NCBI GenBank assembly: GCA_028678665.1
Contig: JAJRDA010000002.1
Coordinates: 1-38,179, forward strand
Reading direction: 5' to 3'
DNA length: 38,179 nt
Origin: Methanomicrobiales archaeon
GTDB taxonomy: Archaea > Halobacteriota > Methanomicrobia > Methanomicrobiales > JACTUA01
Shown piece by piece: positions 34,917-38,179 of this stretch. The stretch's first letter is position 1, and every line of letters begins with the position of its first letter. Position numbers and translations under genes: made by a program. The notes beneath the pieces are model-generated. The model was given only the letters and a program-made list of their open reading frames with translations, searched no databases and was not told the origin of the DNA.

Positions 34917-36088
34917 TGCGGGGTCGCCTGGACCGGAAAGACCTTGCCAAATACCCTTTTCTGAAGGAAGCCCAGGAGTGGGTCTCCGGCCGGACCGGAT
35001 CCCTCCCTGAGTTCTTTTCCAGCAACTACGGGCGCATTGCCGCCCGCCACGCCGTCGAGCGGATCCGGGAGGCCATGGAGGGAGGGCGTCCCCCCGCACC
35101 CGGCCCCGAACGGCTGGACCCTGACCGCGAGGTGTATGCGTACGCCATCGCACGGGTGCTCGTCTCCTGCACGAAGGACCGGCTGCTGATGGACCGCCTG
35201 AGCCGGTACGAGGCCGAACGCGCCGCCCGGTACCTGGCGGACGAACAGCCGGAGAAGCGTGCCCTCGTGGCCGAAGGGGTCGGGATGCCTGCTGAGGCCG
35301 GGGACCTCCCCGTCGTCCAGTACGTGGAGCTGGCCTCCCACCTGAAGGACGACCGCTGGCGCCTGGTGAACCGGGAGGTGGAGAAGGGGCACGTCGCCCT
35401 CGGCGACGGGGATCTCCCGGACCTGACAGCGGAGCGGATCCGGATCCTCCTCTTCTCCCAGCTCCCCCTCCCCGTGCCACCGGCCATCTGCGAGCTGCTC
35501 TCCCCCCTTGCGGCCGAGATCACGGCAGCCCAGCAGCAGTACCTGCTCCGCGAGTTCGGGTCCGTGGAGGAAGGCGCGTTCCCGCCGTGCATCCGGGTTC
35601 TCACGACGGCCATCACGTCGGGAGCCAACCTCTCCCACAGCGGCAGGTTTGCCCTCACCGCGTTCCTGCACAATATCGGCATGAACCCGCTGCAGATCAT
35701 GGAGCTCTTTGCCCGTGCCCCGGACTTTGACGCGGGAAAAACCCAGTACCAGGTGGAGCACATCTCGGGGAGGAGCGGCACCGAGTACACCGCCCCCTCC
35801 TGCGCCACCATGCGGACCCATGGCATCTGCACGGGCAGGGACGGCCTCTGCACACAGGTGAGCCACCCGCTCAGCTACTACCGTGCACGGAAGAGAATGG
35901 GGAAGCAGGGGGATGGTTCAGCGGATCGCGCCCCGGATCAGCCAGCCGGCAGCGGCCATGGCGCCGATGAAGGCGAGAAGGGCCAGCAGGTAGGCAAAAC
36001 CCGGGTTCCCCGGGAGCGCCAGGGGAAGCCCAATCAGGAGGATGATAAAGATGAGCAGGCTCGCAGCACCGGTGAGGATATCCAGTAG
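34916..36088 (+). CDS. priL: DNA primase large (regulatory) subunit PriL, with an atypical ~60-aa C-terminal tail
   Basis: ...YPFLKEAQEWV...; Fe-S domain ...FPPCIR...SGRFALTAFLHNIG...APSCATMRTHGICTGRDGLCTQVSHPLSYY. ATG 34916 (or GTG 34913) overlaps the pcn stop. The first in-frame stop is at 36086-36088. Confidence 0.87.
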   Translation: MRGRLDRKDLAKYPFLKEAQEWVSGRTGSLPEFFSSNYGRIAARHAVERIREAMEGGRPPAPGPERLDPDREVYAYAIARVLVSCTKDRLLMDRLSRYEAERAARYLADEQPEKRALVAEGVGMPAEAGDLPVVQYVELASHLKDDRWRLVNREVEKGHVALGDGDLPDLTAERIRILLFSQLPLPVPPAICELLSPLAAEITAAQQQYLLREFGSVEEGAFPPCIRVLTTAITSGANLSHSGRFALTAFLHNIGMNPLQIMELFARAPDFDAGKTQYQVEHISGRSGTEYTAPSCATMRTHGICTGRDGLCTQVSHPLSYYRARKRMGKQGDGSADRAPDQPAGSGHGADEGEKGQQVGKTRVPRERQGKPNQEDDKDEQARSTGEDIQ

Positions 36089-36100
36089 CCTCGGGTCCAT
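35918..36100 (-). CDS. Candidate small two-TM membrane protein overlapping the priL 3' tail (convergent)
   Basis: MDPRLLDILTGAASLLIFIILLIGLPLALPGNPGFAYLLALLAFIGAMAAAGWLIRGAIR has two clear hydrophobic helices and strongly G/C-ending codons (ATC, CTC, CTG, GCC). Alternative upstream ATGs at 36136 and 36154. Confidence 0.45.
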   Translation of the reverse strand: MDPRLLDILTGAASLLIFIILLIGLPLALPGNPGFAYLLALLAFIGAMAAAGWLIRGAIR

Positions 36101-36230
36101 CGTCTCGGTCCGCGATCCCGTGCCGGCTGCTGCCATACCATAGTGAGCTGCCATCCGAGCTGATATCCCTATCCCTTTTCCCCGCCCGCCCAGCGGTGCC
36201 TTCATCTGCCGGTACAGCCATCCCGGAGGT

Positions 36231-36779
36231 ATGGAGCGGACGGAAGCTCTCTCGCTGCTCGCCCGGCACGTGAAGGGCGAATCCCTGCGGGCCCACTTCA
36301 TCGCCACCGGCGCGGTGATGCGGGAGGCGGCGGTGCCACTGGGGGGGGACCCGGTCGAGTGGGAGGCCATCGGCATCCTGCATGACATCGACTTCGAGGA
36401 GGTGGAGGGGAGCATGGAGCGGCACGGCATCCGCGGGGCGGAGATCCTGGCTGCGGCTGGCGTGGACGAGGGCATCTGCACGGCCGTGAAACGGCACAAC
36501 CACCACCTCTTCCACGGGCACGCGACACCCCTGGAAGTGGCCGTCCAGGCGGCCGACGCGGTATCGGGCCTTGTCATCGCCTGTGCCCTCGTGAAGGGCG
36601 GGGCGGTGACGCAGGTGACCGAAAAGACGGTAAAAAAGAAGTTCCGGGAGAAGGGGTTTGCGGCCGGCTGCGACCGGGAACGGATCCTGCCCGTGGAAGC
36701 GGTGATGCCCCTCCCCGAATTCTACGGCTGTGCCATCCGGGGGATCACCCGGGTGAAGGAGGAACTGGGGCTCCGGTAG
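36231..36779 (+). CDS. HD-domain metal-dependent phosphohydrolase
   Basis: ...AIGILHDIDFE... is the HD motif. ...RHNHH... and ...AADAVSGL... fit HDIG-type small proteins. GGAGGT lies just upstream of the ATG. Confidence 0.83.
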   Translation: MERTEALSLLARHVKGESLRAHFIATGAVMREAAVPLGGDPVEWEAIGILHDIDFEEVEGSMERHGIRGAEILAAAGVDEGICTAVKRHNHHLFHGHATPLEVAVQAADAVSGLVIACALVKGGAVTQVTEKTVKKKFREKGFAAGCDRERILPVEAVMPLPEFYGCAIRGITRVKEELGLR

Positions 36780-36800
36780 GGAGAGGGCGAAAAAGAAAGG

Positions 36801-37358
36801 ATGAGAACCATGGCATCGGAAGAAGAAAAACAGGAGGTGCTGAAGCGCCTCACGGATGCGGTTGCCCGGCTCCGGGAAGGAATGTCCCCGTCACTCGTGC
36901 CCGAAGTGGGAACCAACCTGGCGTACGCGGTGCCGGGGGCCAGGTCACCGGGAGATGTGGCGGCGGTGGAGGGACGGATCGTTCGGCTGAAGGGGAGGGT
37001 CCACCCGGTGGGGGAGGTGGCCTTTGGAGCGAGCGACCACATGGCGAGGGTCGTACTCACCGCCATGCGGTTCGATCCCCTGATCCGGGCGGCCGGCAAC
37101 GTCCGGTTCTCGGAGGAGGCTATCGGGCAGCTGCAGGATCTTCTCCTGGAGGTCTGCGAGTTTGACCGGCGGACGGAACCACCGGGGGTATCCACCATGG
37201 ACTGGGGGGTGGCCCACTGCTGCCGTGAGAGCGTCCCCGACGTGATCTCTGACCGGGGGGCGGTGGGGAAAGAGCCCATGATCCGGATCCTCGGGGAGGA
37301 CCCGGAGACAGTGGCAAAGAGGATCATCCAGCTGGGGCAGAGACTGGCCAGGGACTGA
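36801..37358 (+). CDS. thiN: ThiN-domain protein (thiamine-phosphate synthase ThiN type)
   Basis: ...LVPEVGTNLAYA...VAAVEGRIV...FGASDHMARVVL...RAAGNVRF... resembles the archaeal ThiN domain. Alternative ATG at 36810. Confidence 0.75.
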   Translation: MRTMASEEEKQEVLKRLTDAVARLREGMSPSLVPEVGTNLAYAVPGARSPGDVAAVEGRIVRLKGRVHPVGEVAFGASDHMARVVLTAMRFDPLIRAAGNVRFSEEAIGQLQDLLLEVCEFDRRTEPPGVSTMDWGVAHCCRESVPDVISDRGAVGKEPMIRILGEDPETVAKRIIQLGQRLARD

Positions 37359-37413
37359 GGAATCCTGAGGGATTCTGTCACCATCACCTGACGGTCTCCC
37401 GGAATCTTTGAGT

Positions 37414-37606
37414 ACTGGTGAGACGCTCTCGGGGGTTCACCGCCCCCGCCGCGTGGGCAACCCCCGCCGGCGTTCCGGCAACCGGTGCTCCAAGGTATCT
37501 GACAGACCGACGTGGCGGTCCCCGGTTACACCGACGTGGACAGACTAACCTCACGGGAGCGCCCACGCGGCGGGGGGGACCAAGAGGATCCCCCCCTGGA
37601 GCGTCC
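37414..37606 (-). repeat. Copy B of the hairpin-containing non-coding element (copy A at 1081-1244), with an extra internal inverted duplication
   Basis: The reverse complement carries the same ordered blocks as copy A. The hairpin GGGGGGGA...TCCCCCCC (37572-37596) has a different loop. The core CCCCCGCCGCGTGGGC (37443-37458) is perfectly complementary to 37561-37576. Confidence 0.6.
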
Positions 37607-37792
37607 CGGAAGTGCGAATCGAACCGGTAATTCCGTACGTTCCTATCCGTGAACGGAATGAACTTCGACGGGAGGGAGCTGTCGGCGGGATTCGGATTCC
37701 CCTGGGCGGATGAACGATTCCCCGCCCCTCCATAACCTTCTTAACCTCGCCCGGCGCATGAGTGATGCACAGACCTGTAAGGAACGGTGGGA

Positions 37793-37984
37793 ATGGGAAT
37801 CAAACCGTCATATATCAAGAGTATTGGCAAGGAACTCCTTGCCCGGCACCCGGAGAGGTTCGGCCGCGAGTTCGCCCAGAACAAGCAGGCCGTAGCGGAA
37901 GGAACGGTCATTGCGAGCAAGGGCGTCCGCAACCGGATCGCTGGTTACATTACAAGAAAGAATAATACGGGGAAGCATTCATAA
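37793..37984 (+). CDS. rps17e: 30S ribosomal protein eS17 (S17e)
   Basis: MGIKPSYIKSIGKELLARHPERFGREFAQNKQAV...SKGVRNRIAGYITRK is a canonical S17e sequence. Confidence 0.92.
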   Translation: MGIKPSYIKSIGKELLARHPERFGREFAQNKQAVAEGTVIASKGVRNRIAGYITRKNNTGKHS

Positions 37985-37992
37985 TCCCCTTC

Positions 37993-38179
37993 ATGGTCAG
38001 GGTATTTGAAGGTGTCTTCCCCGCAATCGTCACTCCTTTTTCGAGGAACGATCCTTCCCGGCTGGACCTGGAAGGATTGCGGTCGAATGTCCGATGGCTT
38101 GTCTCCCAGGGGGTCCATGGCATCGTCCCCTGCGCTTCGACGGGCGAATCCGCCACCATGAGCCATACCGAGCACGAGA
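37993..38179 (+). CDS. dapA: 4-hydroxy-tetrahydrodipicolinate synthase, 5' part (runs off the window)
   Basis: My translation from ATG 37993 is MVRVFEGVFPAIVTPFSRNDPSRLDLEGLRSNVRWLVSQGVHGIVPCASTGESATMSHTEHE, a typical DapA N-terminus. It is not in the ORF track because no stop lies within the window. Confidence 0.85.
   Translation, partial: MVRVFEGVFPAIVTPFSRNDPSRLDLEGLRSNVRWLVSQGVHGIVPCASTGESATMSHTEHE

Noticed and set aside
37355-37430. TPP (THI-box) riboswitch immediately after thiN, prompted by CUGAGG and ACCUGA strings.
   Set aside because: The order and spacing of the motifs are wrong. The CUGG..CCAGCG pyrophosphate-sensor helix is absent. The homologous copy at 1081-1244 has no thiamine context.
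1081-37606. The two inverted element copies as ends of a 36-kb composite mobile element or genomic island.
   Set aside because: The intervening DNA carries core housekeeping genes (aro operon, PCNA, PriL, moaA, rlmE) and no transposase or integrase. The copies are diverged and short. They could still mediate inversion, but there is no evidence for that here.
37606-37630. tRNA-like T-arm string (GGTTCGATTCGC on the minus strand).
   Set aside because: The flanking bases do not form a T-stem, acceptor stem or anticodon arm, so no cloverleaf can be drawn.
37390-37740. Possible SRP (7S) RNA or RNase P RNA in the structured gap before rps17e.
   Set aside because: I could not find the conserved SRP helix-8 signature (CCGGAAGG.AGCA-type loop motifs) or the RNase P CR-I GAGGAAAGUCC-type sequence on either strand. 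Some UGUAAC-like and GGGGGUUC-like strings are present, but that is not enough. It remains an unclassified structured region.

Overview
This is a GC-rich archaeal chromosomal segment. Archaeal hallmarks are PCNA, primase subunit PriL, ribosomal protein eS17 and the DHQ-synthase-II/ADH-synthase route to shikimate. The non-acidic proteome and gene content suggest a Methanomicrobia-like euryarchaeon, which is inference only. I can support about 40 protein genes and one tRNA-Arg(GCG). I see no rRNA, CRISPR array, IS element or integrase. Main blocks, left to right: (1) aroD on the plus strand, and an 8-gene, translationally coupled minus-strand aromatic amino-acid operon (two class-I aldolase paralogs, aroB', tyrA, pheA, aroA, an aroK-aroE fusion, aroC). 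(2) An MBL-rhodanese protein, an unknown HExxGH protein and a ferritin-like/VIT1 transporter. (3) A hexulose-phosphate isomerase / aminotransferase / M42 peptidase operon. (4) A pseudo-receiver-PAS-PAS protein ending in a diadenylate-cyclase (DAC) fold. (5) An envelope cluster: a heparinase II/III-like secreted protein, a tandem-repeat lipoprotein, PrsW, membrane proteins, tRNA-Arg and another lipoprotein. (6) A mannose glycosylation module (manC, GT2-GtrA, GT-C). (7) An M20 peptidase / unknown / moaA / rlmE operon divergent from pcn-priL. (8) An HD protein, ThiN, a 430-nt structured non-coding gap, rps17e and the start of dapA. Most noteworthy: a hairpin-containing non-coding element present in two diverged inverted copies (about 1081-1244 and 37414-37606); a Tyr/Phe-rich candidate leader ORF with an oligo-T tract ahead of the aro operon; the REC-PAS-PAS-DAC protein with altered REC and DAC signature residues; a P-loop shikimate kinase fused to shikimate dehydrogenase; two small ORFs below the track's size cutoff; and a convergent overlap at the priL 3' end. 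Most long ORFs in the track that lie antisense to these genes are GC-driven shadow ORFs. All family assignments come from reading the translations; no database search was run.
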